Program-made: the position numbers and the translations under genes
Assembly: GCA_030324005.1 (NCBI GenBank)
Contig: JARDVH010000025.1
Span: 74,705,949-74,769,948 of the forward strand
DNA length: 64,000 bases
Direction: 5' to 3'
Source: Negaprion brevirostris
Taxonomy: Eukaryota
Notes under the pieces: model-generated
What the model saw: the letters and a program-made list of their open reading frames with translations, nothing else
Told to the model about the DNA's origin: nothing
Databases searched by the model: none
In this document: one piece after another, positions 1 to 12,399 of the stretch
Position numbering within the stretch: position 1 is the stretch's first letter
How the letters are laid out: each line of letters starts with the position of its first letter

Positions 1-285
1 TCCAATCTTTGTATCATCAGCAAATTTGCTGATCCAATTTACCACATTATCATCCAGATCATTGATATAGATGACAACCAACAATGGACACAACACCAAT
101 CGCTGTGGCACACCATTAGTCACAGGCCTCCACTCTGGGAAGCAATCCTCTACTACCACTCTCTGGCTTCTTCCATTAAGCCAATGTCTAATCCAGTTTA
201 CTACCTCTCCATGTATACTAGCGAATGAACCTTCCTAACTAACCTCCCATGCGGGACCTTGTCAAAGGCCTTACTCAAGGCCATG
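1..285 (-). mobile_element. CR1 LINE reverse transcriptase fragment
   Basis: SKAFDKVPHGRLVRKV, SGVPQ and KFADDTK motifs on the minus strand. Confidence 0.9.
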
Positions 286-457
286 TTATGTTTAACAGAA
301 CTAAGCAGAAATTTTTTGCTAATAACTTTGAAAGCTGATGATATTTCTTTGCAAAAAATACAGATATTAGCTATTTTATTGGCATAATTAGTCAAAGTAA
401 GCCATTAAAATTAATTATTTAAAGAAGCAATCCTTAGTCAAAGAGGATTTCACTGAC

Positions 458-614
458 AAACAGACAGTTGTAAGGACATTTTTGATGTCACTATTTCAAA
501 GCTGTGGTTGTTGAGGGAATTCATGAAATCTTTAATACGTTTTTCTTTTCCTCAAAGTTAGGTTGCAGAATGCTGTTTTTTCCTGGAATGAGGTATCTAC
601 CAAATGCTGTACCT
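458..614 (-). pseudogene. Candidate frameshifted ADGRF N-terminal exon relic
   Basis: Acceptor ttttctgtttcag. With two frameshifts it reads EVQHLVDTSFQEKTAFCNLTLRK/RIKDFMNSLNNHSFEI/SDIKNVLTTVC, reminiscent of ADGRF5 EYTVNIEISFENASFLDPIKAYLNSL...DILSINVTTVC. Confidence 0.28.
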
Positions 615-819
615 CTGAAACAGAAAATTCTAAAACTGTGAGTTAGGTGGCAATTGAAAGAAAATAAATAATATGTGAAACTTATGGAGACCAAATGTAG
701 AAACAATTGAGATGCAAAGTATGTTAACACAAGTCTCATTTTTCTGCTCATTTCATTGCTTCTGTGTTGGGGTTACTTAAACTTAATTTAGTTAGCATTC
801 ATTTAATATTAATGATAAG

Positions 820-925
820 GAAGAAAAGGCTTGCATTAATAAAGTGTCTTTCATGAGCTCAGGACATCTCAAAGTGCTTCCAACTAATTATTTATGAATG
901 TAGTCACTGTTGCAATGAAGTATAA
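820..925 (-). mobile_element. DeuSINE (SacSINE1-like) 3' part
   Basis: Reverse complement resembles the SacSINE/AmnSINE tail (cattgcaacagtgactaca...aagcactttgagatgtcctgag...gaaagacac...aatgcaag). Confidence 0.55.
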
Positions 926-1124
926 NNNNNNNNNNNNNNNNNNNNNNNNNNNNNNNNNNNNNNNNNNNNNNNNNNNNNNNNNNNNNNNNNNNNNNNNNNN
1001 NNNNNNNNNNNNNNNNNNNNNNNNNNNNNNNNNNNNNNNNNNNNNNNNNNNNNNNNNNNNNNNNNNNNNNNNNNNNNNNNNNNNNNNNNNNNNNNNNNNN
1101 NNNNNNNNNNNNNNNNNNNNNNNN

Positions 1125-1710
1125 CAAAACACGGTATTTAGAAAACAGAAATAAACAGCAAAGTTGATGAAATGTTGGGCCTTACAACTAGCAGTCTAGA
1201 ATATATAGTGGGAGACATTTCACTGCAATGCAAAAAGCTATAACAAAGCCCTCATTAGATCGGATATGGGGTACTGTGTACAGTGCTGTGAACTGCACCT
1301 TACAAAGGGTATGTTTATCTTGGAAGGAGTGCAGATTCTCAGATTGTTACCAGAGCACCAAGCGTTTGAGTGTGGGAAAAAAACGGAGCACNNNNNNNNN
1401 NGATTTTTTAATATTGTAAAGAATTTGTGGAGTAGAGAGAGAGAAACCTTTTCTGCTGGTGGGTGAGTTTAGAACAAGGAAACATAACCTTCAAATCAGA
1501 GCTTTTCAAAGCAGTTGGGAAACAATTCTTCATGCGAAGCTTGGTAGAAATGTGGGACCTTCCCACAAAACCAATCGTTAGTAATTTTATTTGATTGTTA
1601 GATAATCTTTCTAGGCAATGGTATAAAATATTGCAGATCAGCCATCATCTCATTGAATGATGGAAGAGACTCTGGTGGTTGAATGGCCTCCTTCTGTTCC
1701 TATGTTCCAG
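1125..1710 (+). mobile_element. Degenerate CR1 LINE 3' end
   Basis: Decayed ANxMLG..LYKAL.RP.L RT C-terminus and a tail ending gaatggcctccttctgttcctatgttcc. Confidence 0.75.
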
Positions 1711-1711
1711 T

Positions 1712-1866
1712 TGGGGCCTATGTTTAATATTTCATTCAAAAGACATCACCTCTAACAATGCAGCAGTTCCTCAACCCTGCACTGACCTGCCAGCATAGGT
1801 TACATGCATTAATCTCTGGATTCAAATTTGAAGCAAAGAGCAAGTGTGTGAGCTATGGCTGACACC
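1712..1866 (-). mobile_element. DeuSINE (SacSINE1-like) 5' tRNA head and Deu domain
   Basis: Reverse complement begins gtgtcagccatagctca... and includes ccagagattaatgcatg...cagtgcagggttgaggaactgctgcattgttagaggtg...tctttt, resembling the Deu core. Confidence 0.55.
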
Positions 1867-2694
1867 ATTTAGTGGGATGTAATTCAGTAGTGTTTTAAAT
1901 TACATTGTACGTTGGGCTATTTATTACATGTAGATTTCCCTCTACCAATATTGAATGTAATGCTCAGCAGGACCCTCTGTCAAAATTATTTTGAGGATAA
2001 TTCCAGTCATCGTTGAGTAACAAAAATATTAAGATAACTAATTCCATTACTAGCTTTTTTTTTAAAACATACTGTTGAAAGACATGCTTCATGTGTCATC
2101 TGAGAGTTTTAAGTTTAAGTTTTAACTTCTTGGCTTCAGAATTATGGCCAACAAGTGTTATCTGATTCCAAACAATACATAAATTTGATCCATGAATTGA
2201 TGTAATAATTTAGCAAGATAATGAGTTAATTATTCTCCCTGATCTTACAGGAGGTAATTTTAGTGATTGCTCATTACACCTTTGTACAGGTTATTCAGAC
2301 TGTTCTGTTGGTTCCAGCATGTGGTGTAAAATTTGTCAGTCTGAGTCTGAACCAGATTGTTCGCAGCCTTGATGTCAGATTTGACCTTGAGATGAGCTTG
2401 CAGCCACATATCTTCACTGACTGAGACTGCTTTTTTCACCCTGTAGCACCAACTGTCTGCATCCCTACATCAGCTCATTTGATACTGAAACCCTTTCATG
2501 CATGCCTGTTACCTTTAGACAACTATCAATATACTAAGGATTTCATTGGCCAGGAACTGAAGTAGACCAGCCAAAAAAGCATTGTAGTTCCAAAAGCCGA
2601 TTAGAGGCTCAGAATTCTACAGCAAGTAACTCAGTTCCTGACTCTCCAAGTCTTTCCATCGTCTACAAGTCATAAATCAGAAGTCTGATGGAAA

Positions 2695-3950
2695 AAAACA
2701 AAGAAAAGTACAGCACAAGAACAGACCCTACGGCCCTCCCTGCCTAAACTAAAACCGTATGACCTTACAGAGTCTGTATCCTTCCATTCCCATCCTGTTC
2801 ATATATTCATCTAGTTGTCCCTTAAATGCCACTATCTTACCTGCTCTCCTCACCTCTCTGGACAGCGCATGCATTCCAGATAGTCACCACCCTCACTTAC
2901 CTCACACATCTCCTCTAAACTTTTCCCCACATACCTTAAACCTCTATCCTCTAGTACCTTACTTTTCTACCCTAGGAAAGAGTATCTGACTATCCACTCT
3001 GTCCATGCTATTCATAAACTTGTAAACCTCTTATCAGGTCACCGCTCAACCTCCGTCATTCTAGTGAGAACAAAACCAGGTTTGTCCAACCTCTCTTCAT
3101 ATCTAATACTCTCCAGACCAGGCAACATCTTGGTAACCTCTTCTGTACCCTCTCCAAAGCATCCACATCCTTCTGGTAGTGTGGTAAATAGAATTGTACA
3201 ATATTCTAAATGAGGCCTAACTAAGGTTTTGTACAGCTGCAGCATGGCCTGCGAATTTTTATACTCAGTGCTTCGGCCGATGAAGGCAAGCATGCCAAAT
3301 GCCTTCTTGACTGCCTTATCCAGCTTTTAGCGATCGGTGGACATGTACGCCCAGATCTCACTGCCTGTCAATACTCCTAAGAGCACTACCATTTACTGTA
3401 TAATTCCTACATGCATTGGACCTTCCAAAATGCATTACCTCACACTTGTCTGGATTAAACTCCATCAACCATTTCTGCGCCCAGGTTTCCAACCAGTCTA
3501 TATCTTTCTGTATCCTCTGTCAATCCTCTTTACTACCTGCAACTGGACCAATTTTTGTGCCATCTGCAAACTTACTCATCAGACCAAATCATTTACAGAA
3601 ACTATGAACAACAAAGGTCTCAGAACTGATCCCTGTGGAACACCACTAGTCACTGCCCACCATTCACAAAAGTACCACTCTACTGCTACTCTCTGTCTTC
3701 TATTGCCAAGCCAGTTCTGCATCCATCTTGCCAGCTTTCCTCTGATCTTGTGTGACTTCACCTTTCATACCAATCTATCATGAGGTAACTTGTCAAAGGC
3801 TTTACTGAAATCCATGTATACAACGTTCACTGCCCTTCCCTTATCTGTCGTCTTCGTCACTTTCTCAAAAATCTCAATGAACCTTCCCTTCACAAAACCA
3901 TGCTGTCTATCACTAATAAGTCTATTTGTTTCCAAATGTGAGCGAATACT
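2695..3950 (-). mobile_element. CR1 LINE, 5'-truncated ORF2 RT and 3' tail
   Basis: MLAFIGRSTEYKNSQAMLQLYKTLVRPHLEYC; WMQNWLGNRRQRVAV...VTSGVPQGSVLRPLLF. Confidence 0.93.
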
Positions 3951-3974
3951 CTACTTACCTAGATTAGTGCAGCC

Positions 3975-4430
3975 TTAAAAGCACTGAAAAAATTAACGCC
4001 ATCCAGGACAAAGCAATCCACTTGATTGACAATTCAAACAACAGGCTAAATATTCATTTCCTCTATCACCAGAGCACAGTGGTAGCAGCAACTGACCCAA
4101 GGCTTCTTTGACAGCACCTTCCAAACTGATGGCCTTGACACCAAGGACAAGGACAACAGAAACATGGGAAACTGAAACGTCACCAGCTGGAACTTCCCTA
4201 TCAAGCCACACAATATCCTGACTTAGAATTATATTGCCACACTACCAGTGGATCAGAATCCTAGAACTCCCTTCCAGCCAGCTCTGTGGGTCCATCTGCA
4301 TCAGATGGACTGCAATCATCCAACAATGTGGCTCACCACCCACCTTCTCCAGAGTAATGATGGGGGGACAACAAATGCTGGCATTGCCAGTGATGCCTAC
4401 ATCGCCTGGAAGAATGAAAAACAATTTCAT
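3975..4430 (+). mobile_element. 3' end of an abundant shark LINE (tail shared with tRNA-SINEs)
   Basis: Decayed ORF end (gccatccaggacaaagca...ccacttgatt) and tail ...ggctcaccacccaccttctc...aaatgctggcattgccagtgatgcctacatc...aatgaaaaa. An inverted copy lies at 11930-12350. Confidence 0.7.
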
Positions 4431-4469
4431 TATACACCTGTTTGATCTCCATGTTCAACCCTTTGTAAT

Positions 4470-4950
4470 CTTGAGGTCAAACAAAACTCTGCTGCCCATG
4501 TGCTAACTTGTATCAAGTTTGGTTCATCCATCAACCCCAGTGGTTGTTCATCTATGTTACTGCCCAGTTAAACAACGCTTCAATCTTAAAATTCTTATCC
4601 TTGTTTTCAAATTCCTCTTTGGCCTCACCTCACCTATCTTTGAAATCTCTTCAGAGATATCTGTGCTTCTCTAATTCCAATCTTTTGAGCAGTTCCACTT
4701 CGAATTGCTCCAACTGGTAAGCTCATAAACTCTTGAATTTCCTCCCTAAATCTTTCAGCCTTGCTCTCTCTCATTCTGCCTTTAAGAAGCTCTTTAAAAC
4801 CACCTCATTAATCAAGCCATGTCATCCTCCCTAACTTCGCCTTATATGGCTCAGTGCCAAATTTGTATTACAGCACTACTCTGCATTAATTACATTTGAA
4901 CATTTCAATACATGAAAGGTGCTAGGTAAACACAAGTTGGTGTTGTTATT
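4470..4950 (+). mobile_element. Old L2 LINE 3' fragment
   Basis: Decayed QNSAAxxLT...ITPVLxxLxWLPV...FKIL and L2-like tail tgaaaggtgcta...aagttg. Confidence 0.6.
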
Positions 4951-5339
4951 TGCAGGCTTCTTTCTTATGGACCTTTTCATAGTCTATTAGTTCTCTTCCT
5001 TGATCCTTCTCTGAATACTTATTCTCTGCAATCTTTTTTATATAATTCTGAACTCAAACATTTTAAAACATTTTTCCAATAGATTTATTTTTCTATTTTG
5101 AAAGCGTGTTGACTATTGTTCTTAATTTTTTATTAATCCCCCTTCTGTGTCCCTTGTTTTTTTTTCTTTTTTCAACTTGTATTTATCATTGTCTGTTTCT
5201 TCCAGCCAGCCCACATTCTTACTGTTCCAGTTCAGTGCAACAGTCTCCTCGCTTCTGATAGCATGGGGTGACTTTTTCATGAAAAAGCATTCAAAAGCAG
5301 CACCAAGTGATTTGAGAGAAGAGGGAGAGAAAAAGCAGG

Positions 5340-5830
5340 GAACCATTGGCCAGTCAGCCTGGTATCAATCTTCAGAAAAATGCTGGAATATTACTACAGA
5401 TATGGTCGCAGAGCACCCAGAAAATCACAATGATTTGGTTGAGTCATCACAGATATTTGAAAGGGAAATAGTGTTTGGACAAATCTGTGAGAGAATTTTG
5501 AGGTTGTAACTCACAGAACAAATAAAGGAGCCAGTAAATGAATGTATTTGGGTTTTTAAAAAGTGTTTGGTAAGGCAACACACGAGAGGTTATTATTAGA
5601 ACTCGTGGGATTGGGGGCTATTAGTGTGGATTAAACATTGGTTAATGGACAGAAAAATGTGAATCGGAATAAATAGGTTATTTTCTGGTGGGAAGGTTGC
5701 ACTAGCAGGATACCACAAGCATCAGTGCTTGACCCTCAGTTATTTACACTCTATATCCATGGCTCAGATATAGGGACCAAGTGTATTGTCCAAGTTTACT
5801 GACGATAGAAAGTTAGATCAGGAAAGTAAT
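5340..5830 (+). mobile_element. Degenerate CR1 RT fragment
   Basis: Decayed NYxPVSL, FxKxFDKxxHxRL, xGxPQxSVLxPQLF and KFxDD motifs. Confidence 0.7.
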
Positions 5831-5899
5831 TTTGGTTTATGACTGAAGCGGCGTTGGTAGAACAATTTTCAGTATATTCAGTAAATGACTATGGGTTAT

Positions 5900-6570
5900 T
5901 TGCTAAAGGTAGATGTATTTTGCTGTGAGGCAAATGGAGAAGAGGGTTGGTGTTGTGACACAATCTTGTTTGATTGCGATTTTCACTGAAATGGAGTTTG
6001 TAGTGGTTCCTTTGGTGAAAATCTCAGTCTCTTTGTCATTGTGATGCTGGAGGATGGTGACAAATGTCTGATGGAGGCCACATTTGAGGAGCGTACTCCA
6101 TAAACCTTCATGGTTTACAGAGGAAAAGGTCATGCACTGCAGTTGGTGCTGTTCCTTGCATTTTCCTTGAACTTGTCATGTGATAAGGATTACGTATATG
6201 GGTGGGATTCCTTGGTTGTTCTGCGGGGCGTGAATGGCCAGACAATTTCAGCCAATGTTGCCTCTTGATGGGCGAAAGCTGCAGTGCAATTTTGGTGGGA
6301 GCTCTTGGTGGGAGGTAATTGAGGAGGATGCTTCGACAGCAACTGCAATTGAACATGTCACCCTTCTTGAATACAATCACAATCACAGTACCCCTGAGAA
6401 CGCCTGCATGCACTCCTCTTTTCAGAGGAAGGATAGGAGATGGTGCAGCCATTGGCAGCACTGTAACTCTGGCAAGTTGCAGAATTTTAGCAACCTTTTC
6501 ATCTGCTCCAGAGGCTGTGACTGGCTCCACATGGTGCTAGAGGCCGTCTCTGAGCTGGATGATGTATTGA
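5900..6570 (-). mobile_element. RTE-clade LINE RT fragment
   Basis: FSSVNHEGLWSTLLKCG..FVTIL...ISVKIAIKQDCVTTPTLFSI and IVIVFKKGD, typical of RTE ORF2. Confidence 0.8.
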
Positions 6571-6589
6571 GGATTAGAGTTACAAAGAA

Positions 6590-7860
6590 ACATTGAGATT
6601 AGACCATTTGGCCCTTTGCTTCACCATGAATGCTCCGCCATTCATTTTGGTCATGACTGATCATCTCTTCCCCCCATATCCCTTGATCCAAGAGCTAGAT
6701 ATAAGTTCTTCTTGAAATCAGACAACGTTTTGACGTCAACTACATTCTGTGGTAGTGAATTTCACATATTCACCACACTCTGGGTGAAGAAATTTCTCCT
6801 TACCTCAGTTCTAAAAGGTTTACCCCTTTTCCTCAAACTACGACCCTTAGTTCTGGACTCCCCCACCATTGGGAACATACTTTCTAAATCTACCTTGTCT
6901 AACCCTGTGAGAATTTTATAAGTTTCTATGAGATCCCTTCTCACTCCTCTAAATTCCAATTAAAAGAATCTTAACCAACTTAGTTTCTGCTCATCTGACA
7001 GACCTGTCATCCCAGGAATCAGCCTGATAAACCTTCGTTGTACTTCCCCTGTAGCAAGGACATCCTTCCTCAGATAAAGACACCAAAGCCGCACACTGAG
7101 ATGTGGCCTCTCCAACACCCTGTACAATTGCAGCAAAACATCCCTATCCCTATCCTCTCCCCATGGAGGCCAACATACCATTTGCCTTCTTTGCTGTCTG
7201 CTGTACCTGCGCACATACTTTCAGCGATTGATGGATGAGGAATCCAAGGTTACGTTGAGTATCCACCTCTCTCATTCAAGTAATAATCTGTCTTCCTATT
7301 ACTGTTACCAAAGTGGATAACCTCACATTTATCCACATTATACAGCATCTGCTATGCATATGCCCATACACTCAGCCTGTCCAAATCATGCTGAGGCATC
7401 TCTGCATCCATCCCATGCCCAATTTTGCATCGTCTGCAAATTTGGAGATAATACATTCAGTTCCCTCTTCCAAAACATTAATATATAATGTGAATAGCTG
7501 GGGTCCTAGCATAGATGTCTGCAGAACCCCAATACTCATTGTCTGCCAATCAGAAAAAGATCATTTATTCAAACTCTTTCTAACCAGCTTTCTGTCCCTC
7601 TCAAGACATTACCTGCAATCCCATGTGCTTTAACTTTACATAGTAGTCTGTTATGTGAGACCTTGTCAAAAGCCTTCTGGNNNNNNNNNNNNNNNNNNNN
7701 NNNNNNNNNNNNNNNNNNNNNNNNNNNNNNNNNNNNNNNNNNNNNNNNNNNNNNNNNNNNNNNNNNNNNNNNNNNNNNNNCAATCCCATGTGCTTTAACT
7801 TTACATAGTAGTCTGTTATGTGAGACCTTGTCAAAAGCCTTCTGAAAGTCTAAATAACCA
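6590..7860 (-). mobile_element. CR1 LINE RT and 3' end (contains a gap)
   Basis: YLDFQKAFDKVSHNRLLCKVKAHGI; RRDLIETYKILTGLDKVD...FRTEVRRNFFTQ. Confidence 0.93.
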
Positions 7861-8344
7861 CTGGTTCTTCTTGGATATTTGAAGATGAGTTGAGGACACT
7901 CAAGTCGCAGAGTATCAGTTGAGGAGTTCTTCAAAATGTTCTCACCACCAAGCACTGTTTGCCCTCCTGTGCTTGATGATGGTCCCTCTACGCTTGACTC
8001 TCTGTGGGGTGGGCCGTTGAGTGCTTATGCCATAGATCATCTTAACAGCACTGTAAAAATGTGCACGCCATTGGACCATGCTGGATCTCCGATGCTCTTT
8101 TAACCCAACATTTGTTTTTACATCACGGATTTTGTACAATACTACTGCCCTCGGATGTCTATAAACTGCTGCTTTGCTCTTGAGTTGTGGTTTCGCTTTT
8201 CATCCGTGCAAGCCTTTGTCAAAGTTCAGGATGCAAATGATCCTTGAGTGTATAGTCAGTCAAAAACTGAACTCCAGGTTGCTGATTCCTTTTCCAAAGG
8301 TTATGAAAAAACGGGCCTTTCACAAAACACCTGGAAAACTCAGT

Positions 8345-9150
8345 GCTAGAGTCCTTGAACAACAGGCTTCCAGAGCACAACATTCCCCACCACCAATAGA
8401 TTAAGATCAACAGTAAAATCCTGAAAAATGTGGACCAAATTTTCATATCTTAGGAGCATCCTCTTGACAGACATAGGTGATGAAATTCATTGTAACGTCC
8501 ATGAGAAAAAGAGTATCTCAGGACCAGGATCTCACACTTGAGATTAAGGTCATGGTTACCTGACCACAGATCCCTGTGCTTCTACAGGCTTTGGAGACTT
8601 AGACGACCTACAGCAGAAACCTTGAAGCACTGGAAAAGTACCAGTGCTGCCTTCACAAAACTCTCCAAGTCTAGTGGCAAGAAACTCTCCCAAGCCAGTA
8701 TCGAGATGCTAATCACTCAAAACCAGTCCCACTGGTCAGGATGTGTTTTTCATATGCCTGACACCAGAGACCCAAAGCAACTGCTCTACTTGTGACTCAG
8801 CTGCAACAGAAGACTGCCAAAAGGACAACAGAAACACTTTAAAGGATGTCCTCAGAACATCCCTAAAAACATTAAACATCCCCACTGACTCATAGAAACT
8901 CCTGGCATACATGACAGACCAAAACAGAGAAACTAAGTTTAGGGTAGGCATCAAGAAATTTTGTCGGCAACACGAAGAGGTGAAGTTAAGACATCAAACA
9001 TCTATCTAGTCAACATTTCAAACACAACCTGCTTCGCGTGTGAACGAGTCTGCAGCTCACAGATTGGACTTACCAGCCATCTCAGAACCCGTAAGTTCAG
9101 AGTGGAAGCAAGTCATTCCCGATCAAGAGGTACTGCCTAAAAAGGAGATG
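8345..9150 (+). mobile_element. RTE-clade LINE 3' fragment
   Basis: Decayed ENVDQFSYLGS..L...DEIH, ASIEMLITQNQxxWSGCVFHMPDTRxPKQLLY and RTE-type tail agtggaagcaagtcat..cgat..gagg.actgcctaa. Confidence 0.8.
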
Positions 9151-9439
9151 TTGGAAAATAAGATGAGTCAAGTACACATTGATCAGAAAAATTGAAAAGT
9201 AGATTATTCTTTGAAGTGTGAGGAAATGGGAAATGTTTGTATTCAGTCTGTGCTTGTACACAAATCACAGAAAGTTATTCTGCAGGTATAGGAATAATTA
9301 GGAATTGAGATATTCCTGCAGCGTCTCATAAACCTCCATAAAGGGAGAGGGCAGTGTCCCAGGTGTAACGACAGTGACCATGTACAACAGCAAAGTTGAC
9401 CACAGTGATTTCAACAATTAGTAAGGCATTCCGACATAT

Positions 9440-9960
9440 AAATCAGAGCAGAAGTAGGCCATTTGACCCCTCAAGCCTGCTCCACCATTCAGTAAATTCA
9501 TGGCTGATCTGGTTGAGTTAATTTTGGATTCCCTTGCCTAACAAGAATCTATCTAACCTGCTTTAAAAATATTCAATGACCTCGCCTCCACCATCTTCTG
9601 AGGCAGAGAGTTCCAAAGTCAGTCAACCCTCTAAGACAAAAAAAAAGCCTCATCTCTATCCCAAAAGGGCGACCTCTAATTTTAAAACAGTGATATTTAT
9701 TTCTGGACTCATCCACAAGAGGAAAGATCCTTTCCACATTCACCTTATTGACACCACTCAGTATCTTATTTACTTCAATAAAACCACCCCTCGCTCCTCT
9801 GACCTCCAGTGGAAAACAGCTTTCTTCATACGACAACCCACTCATTCCAGCTATCAATCTAGTAAAACTCCTCTGAACTGTCCACTGCCAATCCTGACAG
9901 CATTTACATCCTCCCTTAAATAAAGAGACCAAAAACTGCAAACAGTATACGAGGCACATT
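9440..9960 (-). mobile_element. CR1 LINE 3' end
   Basis: VQRSFTRLIAGMSGLSYEE...FIEVNKILSGVNKVNVERIFPLV...FKIRGRPF. Confidence 0.88.
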
Positions 9961-10870
9961 TTTTGAGTAAGTGTCAGCTCAGGTTGGAAAAGCGGTGTAT
10001 TGCCAGCTTTTCCCACCATAATAATGAAAAGAAAACCCTGGAGATGGTTCTCACAGGATACCCTACAAGCAACCTCAGCTCCTGACAGATTAGAAGGGGA
10101 GCCCTGATCAAAAAAGCGTAAGGATTTCCCCACAGACATGTAACCCCCGCCCCCAGGAACGCGTCCAAACCCCAAACCTCCTCAACCCCTCCACTGAAGT
10201 CCCACCTAGAAGCTGGCAATTCCCAGGATACCGCCCAGGCTTGAACCCTCTCACCCCAGAATTTATCTGGCACCCCCCGGTGAGTTCTGTTCACCAGTTC
10301 CCTATTAGTAAAAACTGGCGAGGCAAGCTTGGAAGAAAATCCATGTAGGTCGCTGTGCTTGGAGTGGTGAATCAATGCTGATTGCCACATCGAGGAAATC
10401 ACAACCCATTCACTTTTAAACTATATTCTTAAAAGCTAACTTACAAAGACTAAAATTCAACATGGTCCCTTGGGACCAGCAGATAGGTCTGTGGATGAAA
10501 CATTATCTTGTCTCCAGAGAGAACAAATATTTCCAATATTGACTCAGTGTTTGTCAGACTAGTTGTTAAACAAAATTCTGCTGACACTATCATTGTAAAA
10601 ATGCAAATTTGCCTTTTCAAAAACAAAAAGTTACTGAAATTACAAATGGGAGAAAAATCAAACTGCTAAATGGGATTGTCACAACGATGTGGCTGAGTCA
10701 TGTTAGTGAGACATCAGGGGAAGTTTGTGAGGAGGGGGGTGACTTTTTTCTCTTTTGGTACTCAGAAGCTTGGTGCTAAGTTACTTCAATGGACTCAGTC
10801 ATTCCAAGAGTAAGAAAGTACTTACGTCGACATTAAATCATAGCTAATCTCTGGCAATAAAAGGTAATAC

Positions 10871-10992
10871 CTTAAAATTGTCTCTAGCACTGGAACAGAC
10901 TGTCACGGTAGAGTGGGTCTCCCGAGCCACAACCAGATGATGCTGAACACAGTGTTGATCACCATGACACAAATCATCGTCTCACCAGAAGG
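10871..10992 (-). pseudogene. Candidate degenerate signal-peptide exon
   Basis: Acceptor ttcatttctttggcag, donor AAG|gtatta. ATG at 10977 gives hydrophobic MICVMVINTVFSIIWLWLGRPTLP followed by an in-frame TGA at 10905-10903. Confidence 0.25.
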
Positions 10993-11929
10993 CTGCCAAA
11001 GAAATGAATAAAAGCAATTACTAGAAAAACAAATTGTCTGTTCCCTTTATTACAAAGAGATTGGAGAATTAAAGTAAAGAAGCTTTCCTAGAATTACACA
11101 GTGCCTTGGTGAGACCACATCTGGATTACTGAGCACAGCTTGGTCTCCTTGCAAATGTACTTTGTTGTACTTGTTTAGAGGAAATGCAAGGAAGATGCAT
11201 GAGACTGATTCCTGGGATAAGTAGATATATTTATAGCTTTAATATAGAAAAACATGCAAGGCATTTCACAGATCAGTCCACAATTAAAAAGTAAACAAGA
11301 GTGAGCAAAAGCCTGTTCAAAGAGGTAGGTTTTATTTCAATGGGTCAACAAAATCGTCAGTTGGTTCTGTTAATTTTGTTTCCAGATCATGTGGAACTTG
11401 TATTCCACTGCCACCAATGTGTTTGATTAATGCTGTTGTTTAATATTACCCACACTTCTTAGTTGAGGTTTTTGTTAAATTCTAAGTACTGAAATAATGT
11501 GAAAAGTTGCTTCATTGAAGCATAAAAAATGTNNNNNNNNNNNNNNNNNNNNNNNNNNNNNNNNNNNNNNNNNNNNNNNNNNNNNNNNNNNNNNNNNNNN
11601 NNNNNNNNNNNNNNNNNNNNNNNNNNNNNNNNNNNNNNNNNNNNNNNNNNNNNGTAAAAAGTAAAATACTATGGATGAAATCAGAAATAAAAACAGAAAT
11701 GCTGGGGGGAAAAGCTCAGCAGGTCTGGCAGCAGCTGTGGAGAGAGAAACAGAGTTAGCATTTTGACTCTGTGTGACTCCTCGAGCATAAAGTGCCACCA
11801 CAGTAAATTGTACCATTCACACCAATTTCATAGATCTTTTAGTTTGGATCTGAATACAGACATTATGCTAACATCTTAGGATTTCTAAGGGAAGTTCTTT
11901 AAGTAATGTTGTTTCTGTACTGCCTTAAG

Positions 11930-12350
11930 TTTTTTTTATTCTTTCATGGGATATAGGCGATGCTGACCAGGCCAGCATTTATTACCCATCCCTAATTGCC
12001 CTTGAAGCGGTGGTGAACTACCTTCTTGAACGGCTATAGTGATGTAGGGAGTTTGAGGATTTTAATCCAGCAACAGTGAAAGAACGGCATGTCATGATGG
12101 AGTGTGGCTTGGAGGGGAATTTGCAGGTGGTTGTGCTCCCCTGCATCTGCTGTCCTTGTCCTTTTAGGTGGTATAGGTCATGGATTTGGCAGATGCTGTC
12201 AAAAGAGCCTTGGTGAGTTGCTACAGTGCATCTTATTAATTGTACACATTGCTGCTACTGTGCATCAGTGATAGAGGTAGTGTATGTTGAAGGTGATGGG
12301 AATGCCATTCAAGTGGATGACCCTGCCCTGGATAATGTCAAGCTTCTTAC
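11930..12350 (-). mobile_element. Shark LINE 3' end (same family as 3975-4430)
   Basis: Reverse complement ends caagggcaattagggatgggtaataaatgctggcctggtcagcatcgcctatatcccatgaaagaataaaaaaa. Confidence 0.75.
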
Positions 12351-12399
12351 CTGCAGACAGCAAAAATTCAAGTTTCTCAAAATAGTTGTCTAATCTTAG

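Noticed and set aside
7617-7845. Exact ~63-bp direct repeat on both sides of a 100-N gap
   Set aside because: Overlapping contig ends that were not merged; an assembly artifact rather than a biological duplication.
9573-10402. 200-aa and 142-aa minus-strand ORFs
   Set aside because: Chance fusion of a MITE-like region with a CR1 3' end.
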